Assembly (NCBI GenBank): GCA_963844495.1
Contig: CAWJOT010000001.1
Location: forward strand, 29,767-93,766
Origin: an uncultured Pseudomonadota bacterium
Lineage (GTDB): Bacteria; Pseudomonadota; Gammaproteobacteria; Burkholderiales; Burkholderiaceae_C
Reading direction: 5' to 3'
Length of the DNA stretch: 64,000 nucleotides
The notes beneath the pieces are model-generated. The model was given only the letters and a program-made list of their open reading frames with translations, did not search any database and was not told the DNA's origin. A program made the translations under genes and the position numbers. Below are positions 52,212 to 62,807 of the stretch, one piece after another. How positions within the stretch are numbered: the first letter of the stretch is position 1; each line of letters begins with the position of its first letter.

Positions 52212-53856
52212 ACCGCATCCGCTTGGGCTTGGCGCCCTCTTCCCCAAGCCGCCGTCGCTTGTCGGCCTCGTATTCCTGGTAGTTGCCATCGAAGAAGGTC
52301 CACTGGCTGTCACCCTCACATGCGAGCATGTGGGTGGCGATTCGGTCCAGGAACCAGCGGTCATGACTGATCACCATGATCGAGCCCGCAAACTCCAGCA
52401 GCGCGTCTTCCATTGCCCGCAGAGTCTCGACGTCAAGGTCATTTGACGGCTCATCAAGCATGAGCACGTTGCCGCCGGCAATCAAGGTCTTGGCCAGATG
52501 CAGTCGGCCACGCTCGCCGCCCGAGAGCGTGCCCACGCGTTTTTGCTGGTCCGCGCCGTTGAAATTGAAACGCCCGCAGTAGGCACGACTGGCCATCTGG
52601 AACTTGCCAACGTTGAGAATGTCGAGCCCCCCCGACACATCTTCCCATACCGTCTTTTCATTGGACAGTTCATCCCGATGTTGATCAACAAACGCCATCT
52701 TGACTGTCGAGCCGATTTTCACCTCGCCGCTGTCGGGCTTTTGCTGACCAGCAATCATCCGAAACAGGGTGGACTTACCCGCTCCATTCGGACCAATAAT
52801 TCCGACAATGGCCCCCGCGGGTACCTTGAAGCTCAGGTTGTCAATCAGCACGCGATCGCCAAAGGACTTGGTGACATTGACAAACTCGATGACTTCATTG
52901 CCCAGCCGATCGGCCACCGGGATGAAAATCTCATTCGTCTCGTTGCGCTTCTGATACTCGAAATCCGACAGTTCCTCAAAGCGTGTCAGGCGCGCCTTGC
53001 TCTTGGCCTGTCGGGCCTTGGGATTCTGGCGCGACCACTCCAACTCCTTCTTCAGTGCCTTGGCGCGTGACTCCTCGCCCTTTTGCTCCTGCGCCAGTCG
53101 CTCCTGCTTCTGTTCCAGCCAGGAACTGTAGTTTCCCTTGTACGGTATGCCCGCACCCCGGTCCAGTTCAAGAATCCACTGCGCCGCATTGTCCAGAAAA
53201 TAGCGATCATGGGTGATCGCGACGACGGTGCCCGGATAGCGCAACAGAAACTGCTCGAGCCACTCAACCGACTCGGCATCGAGGTGGTTGGTCGGTTCGT
53301 CAAGCAGCAGCATGTCCGGTTTTGACAGCAGCAGCCGACACAGGGCGACACGGCGCTTCTCGCCCCCGGAGAGCACCGCTATGCTCGCGTCCCACGGGGG
53401 TAGCCGCAACGCGTCCGCGGCGATCTCAAGTTGGTGCTCCGAGTCGGTGCCCGCGCTACCTATGATTGCCTCCATCTTGCCTTGTTCCTCGGCCAGTGCG
53501 TCGAAGTCCGCGTCCTCTTCGCCGTAGGCTGCGTAAATCTCTTCCAGGCGTACTTTTGCCTGAATAACCGCTTCCATCCCGGCCTCAACGCATTCGCGCA
53601 CGTTTTGCTCGGCGTCGAGCTGCGGCTCCTGTGGAAGGTACCCGATATTCAACCCGTCCATCGGAACCGCTTCACCTTCGAACTCCTTGTCAACACCTGC
53701 CATGATCTTTAGCAGCGTTGATTTGCCCGATCCGTTGGTGCCGAGCACGCCAATCTTGGCGCCCGGAAAGAAGCTAAGTGAGATGTCTTTGAGAATGAAG
53801 CGTTTGGGCGGCACAATCTTGCCCAAGCGGTTCATGGAAAATACGTATTGAGCCAT
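52195..53856 (-). CDS. ettA: energy-dependent translational throttle ABC-F protein
   Basis: MAQYVFSM, KDISLSFFPGAKIG, two NBDs, KKELEW...ARQAKSKAR. Confidence 0.96.
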   Translation of the reverse strand: MAQYVFSMNRLGKIVPPKRFILKDISLSFFPGAKIGVLGTNGSGKSTLLKIMAGVDKEFEGEAVPMDGLNIGYLPQEPQLDAEQNVRECVEAGMEAVIQAKVRLEEIYAAYGEEDADFDALAEEQGKMEAIIGSAGTDSEHQLEIAADALRLPPWDASIAVLSGGEKRRVALCRLLLSKPDMLLLDEPTNHLDAESVEWLEQFLLRYPGTVVAITHDRYFLDNAAQWILELDRGAGIPYKGNYSSWLEQKQERLAQEQKGEESRAKALKKELEWSRQNPKARQAKSKARLTRFEELSDFEYQKRNETNEIFIPVADRLGNEVIEFVNVTKSFGDRVLIDNLSFKVPAGAIVGIIGPNGAGKSTLFRMIAGQQKPDSGEVKIGSTVKMAFVDQHRDELSNEKTVWEDVSGGLDILNVGKFQMASRAYCGRFNFNGADQQKRVGTLSGGERGRLHLAKTLIAGGNVLMLDEPSNDLDVETLRAMEDALLEFAGSIMVISHDRWFLDRIATHMLACEGDSQWTFFDGNYQEYEADKRRRLGEEGAKPKRMRFKALK

Positions 53857-53933
53857 GGATCTTTCTGATGCTGCGCAGGGTAAATCCATCATTATCGACG
53901 CTTCCCGTGCGAGCACGGGCAAGTGCGCACCCC

Positions 53934-56141
53934 TCAGCGGTCACTTTGTACCTGCCCCAATTCATTTTGCAAGGCGGTTTTCGCCACTGCGTCAAGCGCG
54001 TTGTCGACAACGTGCCCGTCTGACACAAACCTGATTGCGCCTTGCCTGCGCAATCGCTCCATGGTCCGGCGCGACATGGAATGCGCCAATCCGCCCCGCG
54101 AAATGAACATAAAGAGTGTTCGATGCGGACTGGCCCAGGTCAGTTGTGCGCGCAGCCAGGCACCGTCAACGATCAGTTCGACCCAGGCTCCGGTCTTGAT
54201 CTCACCAACGGCCGACAGGCCCGAGGCGTCAGCGGCCGCACCCGACGTCGCCGTGAGGTGATCGAGGTCGTGCGTCTCGTCCTCCATTTCCCAAAACCCT
54301 GAAAAGTCCTGCCCATCTGCCGAAATTGGTGAATCACCCGCCTCGACGGCGTCAACGGGCTCGCGCTGATCGTGCCCGTCAAACTCGGGCTGGGCCGACA
54401 TGCGCGGACCTTCGAACACCTTTTCATGAATCGAAATCAGGGCATCAAAAAATGCAGGGATGCGCTCTTCGGGATAGCCGATGAGTTGCAGTCCCTGGCG
54501 CACTTTGACAAGCAAGTTCGGAACTAGTTGGACAAGCCGGGCGCGATTGCGTCGGGCGAGTTTGAGCTGCACGCTCCATATCAGGTCGTCGACCAGCGCC
54601 AGATAGCTATCCGGGTCGCTACTGCCGTCAGCACAACGCAATTGCGATTCGGCCACCACCTGAGCCCAGGGACCGCGCAGGAAGCCGGCGACCAACTCCG
54701 GAACCTCCTTGTCCCGCTGCCGCTCCTGAAAATCCTCCACAAAACGCTGTGCCAACAGGTTTCGCTGCTCGGCGTGGAGCAACTCACGGGCCGCCTCCTC
54801 ATTGCGTTGGCGTTGAACCACCTCTTCGGCCGCCCAGCCGTCTTCGAGCCCGCGCAACACAAGTGCAAATGCGCCGGCATCGCCCTCGCCACCGATCAGC
54901 ACTTCGACAGCTTCGGAAATGGACTTCTGAAACTGGAAGAACCCATCGTCGCGTTCTGACCTGTAGGCCAGGCTGCGATGTGTTACGCGGTCCAGAAACT
55001 GACGTGCCGGATGCTGGCGTTCACTGAAGAAGCGCGGGTCTGACTGCGAAAGCGCCAGCAAAACCGGTTGCAGCGACTGCACCAGACTGCGCACTTTCAA
55101 GAGCATGCGCTCGTCCTGCATCAGGTTGTCAATCATCAGGCGCACTACTTCGGCGCCCAGCTGACGACCCAACTGCTTTCCCTGGGTCGGCTCGCGGGCA
55201 ATTTTTTGTTCGCTGGCGTCCGCTTTCACCGTGATATCAATCGGCAAACTGGCACGCTTGGCCAGACGCTTCATCATCGGCTCAACGAGCTTCATATCCT
55301 CGAGCGCAATGTAGGAAGCAGGCATCGTGTGCAGGAAGTCCTGCACCCCATGGCGATCCGAACCGTGTTCAAATTCCCCGGACAGCAATTTGCGCAGCTT
55401 GTCGAGCGTGAGCAGAGTGCGCGCCATCGAGTTCTCCGCAGGCTTGCCCGGCGCGGAGCCCGCACCGCCAATGGGCATCCCAACCGGCGTGGCCGGTTCC
55501 ACCCCCTGCGATCTCAACCAGTCACCCAGTTCACGATAAAGCTGATGCAAGCTCACGCCGAGCAAGCCTGCCGCGGGCAGAATCACTGCGCAGCGCGTGT
55601 TCTCATCGGGTGCGTGCTCGGCAAGACTGGCTTGCAAGGCCCGCACAAAGGCGTCGGGCTTGACCGGATTGAGCTGCGGCTGCACGGTGATCCACCCAAG
55701 CAAACTACTGATCAGGGCATTCAAGGGACGCAGCACATCATCAACGCAGCGCGACACCTCCTGCTGGGCCAGCGCAAATTCAATGCTGGCATCGATCTGC
55801 CGACTGTCGAGCAACTGCAAGTCATCAAAACGAACCATCGGCTGCTCGGCCACATCCTGTGAACCCGCGTTATAGATGCCGGTGCGCAAGTGTTCGGCAA
55901 ATGTAGCTTTGACCCGCGGCGCCCGCTGACAAAGATAATCGATCGCTGCCTTGCTCACCGGATAATGTGTGGCCAGCGCGTCCTTGCCGGGCGCCTTGGC
56001 GAGCGCGGATAAGCCATTGAGCACGTCGTCGAGCAGCGCATCGGACTGCAGCATCACCATTTCCAGGCAGTCGTGCAACGTGGGTCGCATGCTGGATTGA
56101 TCATCCGCTACGCCGACACGCCGAAGCAGGAATTTCTTCAT
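53934..56141 (-). CDS. DUF1631-like large helical protein
   Basis: QLNPVKPDAF, DPRFFSERQHPARQFLD, GPWAQVVAE, DLIWSV, GAWVEL...RAQLTWASP. Confidence 0.75.
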   Translation of the reverse strand: MKKFLLRRVGVADDQSSMRPTLHDCLEMVMLQSDALLDDVLNGLSALAKAPGKDALATHYPVSKAAIDYLCQRAPRVKATFAEHLRTGIYNAGSQDVAEQPMVRFDDLQLLDSRQIDASIEFALAQQEVSRCVDDVLRPLNALISSLLGWITVQPQLNPVKPDAFVRALQASLAEHAPDENTRCAVILPAAGLLGVSLHQLYRELGDWLRSQGVEPATPVGMPIGGAGSAPGKPAENSMARTLLTLDKLRKLLSGEFEHGSDRHGVQDFLHTMPASYIALEDMKLVEPMMKRLAKRASLPIDITVKADASEQKIAREPTQGKQLGRQLGAEVVRLMIDNLMQDERMLLKVRSLVQSLQPVLLALSQSDPRFFSERQHPARQFLDRVTHRSLAYRSERDDGFFQFQKSISEAVEVLIGGEGDAGAFALVLRGLEDGWAAEEVVQRQRNEEAARELLHAEQRNLLAQRFVEDFQERQRDKEVPELVAGFLRGPWAQVVAESQLRCADGSSDPDSYLALVDDLIWSVQLKLARRNRARLVQLVPNLLVKVRQGLQLIGYPEERIPAFFDALISIHEKVFEGPRMSAQPEFDGHDQREPVDAVEAGDSPISADGQDFSGFWEMEDETHDLDHLTATSGAAADASGLSAVGEIKTGAWVELIVDGAWLRAQLTWASPHRTLFMFISRGGLAHSMSRRTMERLRRQGAIRFVSDGHVVDNALDAVAKTALQNELGQVQSDR

Positions 56142-56480
56142 TGAACCTGTCCCATCAAGTTGGCCCTATGCAGCATTACCGCGGATTGTCCCTGTTGACA
56201 ACGCCGCGCGCAGTGGTCTTAACACATTGTTTCCAATAGAGCGACATCTCGGCATCGTCGTGCCTCACGCAAGATTTTGACCCTCCTTCGGCCAGAAACC
56301 AAGGTTCGTGAGATAATATATTCCGTCGCGGCGCTTCAGTTGCCCGCGACACCAGCACCTTGCTGGGAACAGAGCCTAGCGCATCTGTTCCACCTTTGTA
56401 TCCCATCGGCCTTTGACTGACTCGGTGCATCAAGCACCAAGACAGGCCGGTGCCATAGCGCCCAGGATAGGCGCCAAACT

Positions 56481-58148
56481 ATGAACTTTGAAGAACTCCA
56501 TCTGGCTCCGGCCATCGTCCAGGCTGTGCTTGAGCAGGGTTACGAGACCCCGACTGCCATCCAGGCGCAGGCCATCCCGGCCGTGCTTGAGGGCCACGAC
56601 CTGCTCGGCGGCGCCCAAACCGGTACCGGCAAGACCGCGGCCTTTGTGCTACCCATGCTGCACAAGCTCAGTACCAGCGAGCGAGCCCGCAGCAAGTTCG
56701 GTGGCGTGGGCATTCGCGCCCTCGTGCTGACCCCCACCCGTGAACTCGCCGCACAGGTCGAGGAATCGGTGCAAACCTACGGCAAGTACGTTGAACTGAC
56801 TTCAACGGTTGTTTTTGGCGGTGTTGGATTGAACCCACAGATCAACCGCGTCAAGAAAGGCATCGACATTCTGGTTGCCACGCCCGGTCGGTTGCTCGAC
56901 TTGCTGCAACAGGGGGTGCTTGACCTTGGACAAGTACAAATACTGGTGCTCGACGAGGCAGACCGCATGCTTGACATGGGCTTCATCCACGACGTCAGGA
57001 AAGTTCTCGCCGTGGTTCCGAAAGACAAGCAAAGCTTGCTGTTTTCTGCGACTTTCAGTGATGAAATTCGCGATCTCGCCGACACGCTGCTCAAGAACCC
57101 GCTGAGCATTCAGGTGACGCCCGGGAACACGACCGTGCAACGTATCACCCAACTCATTCACCCCGTGGGTCGCGGCAAGAAGAAGGCGCTGCTGGCACAC
57201 ATCATCGACACGCACAACTGGAGTCAGGTTCTCGTGTTCACGCGCACGAAGTTTGGCGCCAACAACGTAGCCGAATTTCTGGTCAAACACGGCATCAATG
57301 CGATGGCGCTGCACGGCAACAAAAGCCAGGTGGCACGTACCCAGGCGCTGGCTGGGTTCAAGAGCGGCGACATCCGCGCCCTGGTTGCCACCGACATTGC
57401 AGCGCGCGGTATCGACATCGATGATTTGCCGCACGTGGTCAATTACGACATACCCAACGTCAGCGAAGACTATGTCCACCGCATCGGCCGCACCGGCCGG
57501 GCCGGTGCCGACGGTCAGGCCGTGAGTCTGGTCTGCCTGGATGAAGAAGGATTCATGCAGGCGATTGAGCGATTCACCAAGCAGGACATTCCGGTCCAGA
57601 TCGTCGAAGGATTCATGCCCGAACCCGGGGAAAAGGCCGAACCCATTGCTATGGGGCGTCAGACCATTTGGGGCGGGGCCGGAAGGCCACCGAGCCGCGA
57701 CGTCATGCAAGCCGCCGCCAAGGCAGCTCGCGCCGAAATGATGCAACGCGTGCGCGAGAACAGGAGTACACAAGGCGAGCGCGCGGGTCAAGCTGACCCG
57801 GGGCGCGGTCGTGGCGGCAGCGGCGGACCGCGCAGCGGCACACCACGCGTGCCGAACCCGCTGGGCGAACCGGCGCGGCGCAGCGCGCATTCGCCCTCTG
57901 GCCGCGCGCGGGCGGGCGGTGGCTACGCAGCAGACAAATCGACACCGCCCAGATCGCCTGCGGGTCAGCCCGATCCGATGCGCACAAGCGTCGACATGAT
58001 GGCCGAACGCAGCGGTGCGCGCCGTGGCGGAGGCTTTGGTGGTGGCAATCGACATGGTGGGGGTTCCTATGGTGGATCGAGTGGCGTTGGTGGCGGGGGC
58101 AACCGGTCTGGTCGGTCAGGCGGTCCTCGCGGGCCTTTTGACCGATAA
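56481..58148 (+). CDS. rhlE: DEAD-box RNA helicase
   Basis: [38 protein letters not shown], Gly/Arg-rich tail. Confidence 0.95.
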   Translation: MNFEELHLAPAIVQAVLEQGYETPTAIQAQAIPAVLEGHDLLGGAQTGTGKTAAFVLPMLHKLSTSERARSKFGGVGIRALVLTPTRELAAQVEESVQTYGKYVELTSTVVFGGVGLNPQINRVKKGIDILVATPGRLLDLLQQGVLDLGQVQILVLDEADRMLDMGFIHDVRKVLAVVPKDKQSLLFSATFSDEIRDLADTLLKNPLSIQVTPGNTTVQRITQLIHPVGRGKKKALLAHIIDTHNWSQVLVFTRTKFGANNVAEFLVKHGINAMALHGNKSQVARTQALAGFKSGDIRALVATDIAARGIDIDDLPHVVNYDIPNVSEDYVHRIGRTGRAGADGQAVSLVCLDEEGFMQAIERFTKQDIPVQIVEGFMPEPGEKAEPIAMGRQTIWGGAGRPPSRDVMQAAAKAARAEMMQRVRENRSTQGERAGQADPGRGRGGSGGPRSGTPRVPNPLGEPARRSAHSPSGRARAGGGYAADKSTPPRSPAGQPDPMRTSVDMMAERSGARRGGGFGGGNRHGGGSYGGSSGVGGGGNRSGRSGGPRGPFDR

Positions 58149-58722
58149 CGGCTATTCAACGATTCATTGTGTTGGCCGACGGCGGCTGACGCAGCAGCAT
58201 TCGAAATTGATCGGCCATGTTGCCGACTTCAGTTCCCAACTGAGTCTGCCCGGCGTTGACGACGTCTTCATCGCCTTGGGCACAACCATCAAGGTGGCGG
58301 GTAGTCAGGCTGCCTTTCGAGCCGTTGATTTTGATGCTGTTTTGGCTGTAGCTCAAGCAGCAAAAGCGTCGGGTGCTACGAGATTAGGAGTGATAAGCGC
58401 CATGGGAGCGGATGCGGGATCACGAATCTTCTACAACCGCGTCAAAGGCGAAATGGAAGAAGCGCTGGCCAATCTCGGCTATGACGTGCTGATCATCGCC
58501 CGCCCATCCATGTTGGCCGGTGACCGCGAAACCTTGTCGCAGTTGGCTCGACCGGCAGAGAGACTGGGGTTGCGGGCCATGCGTCTGCTGCGCCCCCTTT
58601 TGCCCAGCGACTACCGCGCGATTGAGGCCACGGACGTGGCGCACGCACTGCTTGATGCCATGCGAAATGCTCGTCCTGGAAAACGGATCCTGCTATCCGG
58701 AGAAATGCAACCCGGTGGCTGA
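58069..58722 (+). CDS. NAD(P)-binding oxidoreductase (YraR/CC3-TIP30-like)
   Basis: [54 protein letters not shown]. Confidence 0.88.
   Translation: MVDRVALVAGATGLVGQAVLAGLLTDNGYSTIHCVGRRRLTQQHSKLIGHVADFSSQLSLPGVDDVFIALGTTIKVAGSQAAFRAVDFDAVLAVAQAAKASGATRLGVISAMGADAGSRIFYNRVKGEMEEALANLGYDVLIIARPSMLAGDRETLSQLARPAERLGLRAMRLLRPLLPSDYRAIEATDVAHALLDAMRNARPGKRILLSGEMQPGG
58329..58392 (-). repeat. copy 9 of the 64-bp motif, inside the YraR-like gene (antisense)
   Basis: CACTCCTAATCTCGTAGC ACCCGA CGCTTTTGCTGCTTGAG CTACA GCCA AAACAGCATCAAAA. Confidence 0.62.
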
Positions 58723-58753
58723 AGGAGTCAGGAGAGCCTGACGGAACTCCGAC

Positions 58754-60139
58754 TCAATCCGCCGCCGGGCCAGGGTCCGCATCAGGGTCCTGGTCGACCG
58801 CGATCAGCGATTGCGCGTCGCGCTCAGGCAGCGCTTCCACCTTTTTAAGCGCACGATCCATCGCGCGGCTGCGCGTGGCGGCGCTGTCGATCGTCTTGAG
58901 CACCGTTTCGGTTTGCGACTTGACCCTGGCCAGTACATCCCCGAACTTGCCAAACTCGGACTTGACGGCGCCCAGCACCTGCCACACCTCGCTCGAGCGC
59001 TGTTCCAGGGCCAGCGTACGAAAACCCATCTGCAGCGAACTGAGCATGGCCAGCAGCGTGGTCGGACCCGCCAGTGTGATGCGGTGCTCGCGCTGCAATG
59101 CCTGCATCAGACCGGGACGGCGCAACACCTCGGCGTAAAGACCCTCAGTAGGCAGAAACAATATGGCGAAATCAGTGGTGTACGGTGGCTCGACATATTT
59201 TTCGGCGATCGAGCGTGCCTCCAACCGGATGCGCGCCTCCAGCGCCTTGCCGGCGCTGTCTGCGCCAACCAGATCGGCGCGACCCTGTGCGTCGAGCAAG
59301 CGCTCGTAGTCTTCGTTAGGGAACTTGGCGTCGATCGGTAGCCATAGGGGATCACCATCATCGGATTTGCCGGGCAACTTAATCGCAAAGTCCACCACGT
59401 TCTTGCTGCCTGGGCGAGTGGCGATCTGGGCTGCGTACTGGTCAGCGACAAATACCTGCTCGAGCAAGGCAGCGAGCTGGGCCTCGCCGAAAATGCCGCG
59501 CGACTTCACGTTGGTCAGCAAATGTTTGAGGTCACCCACGCCTGCGGCGAGCGTCTGCATCTCGCCCAGGCCCCGATGCACCTGCTCGAGCCGCTCGGCA
59601 ACCTGTTTGAAGCTCTCACCCAGGCGGGTCTGCAGCGTGGCCTGCAACTTTTCATCCACAGTGACTCGCATCTCCTCGAGTTTGGCGGCGTTGCTCGCTT
59701 GCAGTTGCGCGAGTTGGTCCTCGAGGGTTTTGCGGACCTCAGCCAGGCGCCGTGCGTTCGATTCACTCAGGGACTGCAACTGCAGCGTCAAGGTATCCGA
59801 CAGCGATTTCTGCAGCAGTGACAACTGCTGACCAAACGCGTCAATCTGGGTATTTTGGGTACGCGTGGCTTCGGCGCCCTGCTGCACCATCGTCTGCTGA
59901 AACGTCGCCAGGTTCTGCGTCAATTCCTGTCGTGCATCGCGCGAAGACTCGCCAATCTCGCGGCGCAACTCGCGCTCGAGTCTTTCGGCGCTGCCGCGCA
60001 ACGCCTCAACAACGCCTGCCCTGGCGTCCTGCGCCGCACTTTCAGCGCGGTTGTGGCGAGTCCGCAACCACAACCACAGGGCCACCAACGCCATCGCGTT
60101 CACAGCGCTCAACCCGAGCAGGAATCGATCCAAATTCAT
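58754..60139 (-). CDS. rmuC: DNA recombination protein RmuC
   Basis: N-terminal TM, coiled coil, NVKSRGIFGE, PIDAKFP, FLPTEGLYAE, GPTTL. Confidence 0.94.
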   Translation of the reverse strand: MNLDRFLLGLSAVNAMALVALWLWLRTRHNRAESAAQDARAGVVEALRGSAERLERELRREIGESSRDARQELTQNLATFQQTMVQQGAEATRTQNTQIDAFGQQLSLLQKSLSDTLTLQLQSLSESNARRLAEVRKTLEDQLAQLQASNAAKLEEMRVTVDEKLQATLQTRLGESFKQVAERLEQVHRGLGEMQTLAAGVGDLKHLLTNVKSRGIFGEAQLAALLEQVFVADQYAAQIATRPGSKNVVDFAIKLPGKSDDGDPLWLPIDAKFPNEDYERLLDAQGRADLVGADSAGKALEARIRLEARSIAEKYVEPPYTTDFAILFLPTEGLYAEVLRRPGLMQALQREHRITLAGPTTLLAMLSSLQMGFRTLALEQRSSEVWQVLGAVKSEFGKFGDVLARVKSQTETVLKTIDSAATRSRAMDRALKKVEALPERDAQSLIAVDQDPDADPGPAAD

Positions 60140-60374
60140 TCCCCCAAATGTTGCAAAGGTCTATTGTGCTTGAACCCACTGTTGCCCTGGTATCGGCAAG
60201 AATGCGAGCTGGCAAATCGCGTCTGGCGACGAGCACCAAATGTCTTCCAGAGCGCATTGCTGAAAATCAGTGTTTACCCTAGGCAAATTTATGGTCACAA
60301 CACGATTTTCAGGCCCGAGCCGAGGTAACCTCACGCTTCACACATGGCGGGCCAATTCTCTACACGGAAACTAT

Positions 60375-60983
60375 ATGCATGCGCTTCTGAAATTTTCGAA
60401 AGGCGTCGACTGGCTAAGCAGCTTCGTCGGCAAGTACGTCATCTGGCTGATCCTGTCATCGGCCGTCATCAGCGCAGTCAATGCGGTGGTGCGCAAGGCA
60501 TTCAACATGAGTTCCAACTCGTTTCTTGAGGTGCAGTGGTACCTCTTTGCTGCGACCTTCCTGTTGATGGCCGCCTACACGCTGCTCAATGGCGAGCATG
60601 TCAAGATTGACGTGGTCTACAGCCACTGGTCGAAGCGCACTCAAATGTGGATTGACGTGTTTGGTTTCATCATCTTTCTGCTGCCCTTTGCCGGGATATT
60701 GCTTTGGTTTAGCGTACCCTTTTTCCTTCGCGGCTACCACTCCGGGGAGATGTCGACCAACGCGGGTGGCCTGGTACGCTGGCCCGTCTACCTGATGATG
60801 CCGCTGGGTTTTGCCCTGTTGTTTCTGCAAGGGGTCTCCGAGTTGATTAAACGCCTGGCGTTTCTGCAAGGCCTGATCGAAGACCCGACGCACAAGGTTG
60901 CCGCCAAGACGGCAGAGGAAGAATTGGCTGAGGCGATCGAAAAACTGGCCGAGGAAAAGGCCGCCAAAAACAACGCCGCCTGA
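60375..60983 (+). CDS. TRAP transporter small permease (DctQ)
   Basis: 4 TM, EVQWYLF, EHVKIDV. Confidence 0.9.
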   Translation: MHALLKFSKGVDWLSSFVGKYVIWLILSSAVISAVNAVVRKAFNMSSNSFLEVQWYLFAATFLLMAAYTLLNGEHVKIDVVYSHWSKRTQMWIDVFGFIIFLLPFAGILLWFSVPFFLRGYHSGEMSTNAGGLVRWPVYLMMPLGFALLFLQGVSELIKRLAFLQGLIEDPTHKVAAKTAEEELAEAIEKLAEEKAAKNNAA

Positions 60984-60997
60984 GGCCGGAGCAACCT

Positions 60998-62734
60998 ATG
61001 CAACTGATACTTAACAATTTTGCCCCGATCATGTTCGCGGGGCTGATCTGCTTTCTGCTGATTGGCTTCCCGGTGGCTTTCAGCTTGGGCGCCTGTGGCC
61101 TGTTCTTTGGCTTTATCGGCATTGAATTGGGGCTTTTGCCTGAAGCTCTGCTGCAGGCGCTGCCGCTGCGGGTCTTTGGGATCATGCAAAACGAGACCCT
61201 GCTGGCGGTACCGTTTTTCACACTCATGGGTCTCATTCTTGAGCGAAGCGGCATGGCCGAGGACTTGCTCGACACCATCGGTCAGTTGTTTGGCTCCGTG
61301 CGCGGTGGCCTGGCCTTTGCCGTGATCTTTGTCGGCACCCTGCTGGCGGCGACCACCGGCGTTGTGGCCGCCTCGGTCATATCGATGGGCCTGATCTCGC
61401 TGCCCATCATGCTGCGTTATGGCTACGACCGGCGCATTGCCTCGGGCGTGATCGTCGCATCGGGCACACTCGCACAAATCATTCCGCCGTCGCTGGTGCT
61501 GATCGTTCTGGCGGACCAGCTCGGCCGCAGTGTGGGCGAAATGTACAAGGGCGCGTTTATCCCCGGGTTTGCACTGACCGGGCTTTACTTTGCGTACGTC
61601 ATCGTCATTGCGTTCGTTCGGCCCAAATGGGTTCCTGCCTTGCCCGCCGAAGCTCGCACCATTCACGAGGACGATGGCAGCAGCGGCCTGCGTTCGTTGG
61701 GCGTCCTGACCGCCATTACCGTTGCCGTCGCGCTGACGTTTGGCAAGAACTACGCGCGGGTATCGACTTGGTTGACTGGCGAAACTGTCACCAAGGTTGC
61801 GCTGGACGAAACAATCGTGGTAACTCTCTGTCTGGGCGTTACGCTGGCCTTTGTTATTGCGGTGGTGAACAAGGTCTCGCGACTGGGTTTGCTCTCTCGT
61901 ATGGCAGAGCGCGTAACCTTCGTGTTGATCCCGCCGCTTCTGCTGATCTTCCTGGTGCTGGGGACCATCTTTCTGGGTGTGGCAACGCCGACCGAGGGTG
62001 GCGCCATGGGCGCCATGGGTGCCTTCATCATGGCCATGGTTCGCAGACGTTTGAGCTACACCCTGCTCAAACAGGCTCTGACCTCAACCGCAAAATTGTC
62101 AAGTTTTGTGCTGTTCATCCTGCTGGGTTCCACCGTCTTCAGCCTGGTATTTCAGGGGGTTGACGGCTCCAAATGGGTGGAGCACTTGTTGACTTCGGTG
62201 CCAGGCGGACAAACCGGCTTCCTGCTCGTCACCAACCTGTTGATCTTTCTGCTGGCGTTCTTCCTGGATTTCTTTGAACTGGCGTTCATCGTCGTTCCCC
62301 TGCTCGCGCCGGTGGCCGAGAAGATCGGTGTGGACCTGATCTGGTTTGGCGTCCTGCTTGGCGTGAACATGCAGACATCCTTCATGCATCCACCGTTTGG
62401 CTTTGCGCTGTTCTTCCTGCGCAGCGTGGCGCCGGCGCGGGAGTACACGGACCGGCTGACGAAGAAGCTGATCGCCCCGGTAACGACGATGCAGATTTAC
62501 TGGGGCGCGGTACCTTTTGTGTTTATCCAGATTTTCATGGTCTGCATGATCATCTTCTTTCCGGAAATCGTCTCCGGGGGCCTGGACAAGGAAGTCAAGA
62601 TTGATCTGAAAGCGGCAGCGGCGCAGATGAGAGCAGACTTTGCGGCTCAGCCCGATGAAGCGCCATCGTCGGGAGCCAATCTGGCAAACGACGATCCTAT
62701 GAAGGCCATGCTCGAAGCAATGAAGAAGAAGTAA
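60998..62734 (+). CDS. TRAP transporter large permease (DctM)
   Basis: GFPVAFSL, LAVPFF, GTLAQIIPPS, TPTEGGAMG, SFMHPPFG. Confidence 0.93.
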   Translation: MQLILNNFAPIMFAGLICFLLIGFPVAFSLGACGLFFGFIGIELGLLPEALLQALPLRVFGIMQNETLLAVPFFTLMGLILERSGMAEDLLDTIGQLFGSVRGGLAFAVIFVGTLLAATTGVVAASVISMGLISLPIMLRYGYDRRIASGVIVASGTLAQIIPPSLVLIVLADQLGRSVGEMYKGAFIPGFALTGLYFAYVIVIAFVRPKWVPALPAEARTIHEDDGSSGLRSLGVLTAITVAVALTFGKNYARVSTWLTGETVTKVALDETIVVTLCLGVTLAFVIAVVNKVSRLGLLSRMAERVTFVLIPPLLLIFLVLGTIFLGVATPTEGGAMGAMGAFIMAMVRRRLSYTLLKQALTSTAKLSSFVLFILLGSTVFSLVFQGVDGSKWVEHLLTSVPGGQTGFLLVTNLLIFLLAFFLDFFELAFIVVPLLAPVAEKIGVDLIWFGVLLGVNMQTSFMHPPFGFALFFLRSVAPAREYTDRLTKKLIAPVTTMQIYWGAVPFVFIQIFMVCMIIFFPEIVSGGLDKEVKIDLKAAAAQMRADFAAQPDEAPSSGANLANDDPMKAMLEAMKKK

Positions 62735-62763
62735 TGAGGCAGCGCCCCTGCGGCGACCCATAG

Positions 62764-62791
62764 AAAAAAGCCCCGCGACGCGGGGCTTTTT
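62764..62791. terminator. bidirectional intrinsic terminator between convergent TRAP genes
   Basis: AAAAAAGCCCCGCG-A-CGCGGGGCTTTTT. Confidence 0.9.
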
Positions 62792-62807
62792 ATTGGGCGA
62801 AATCTGC

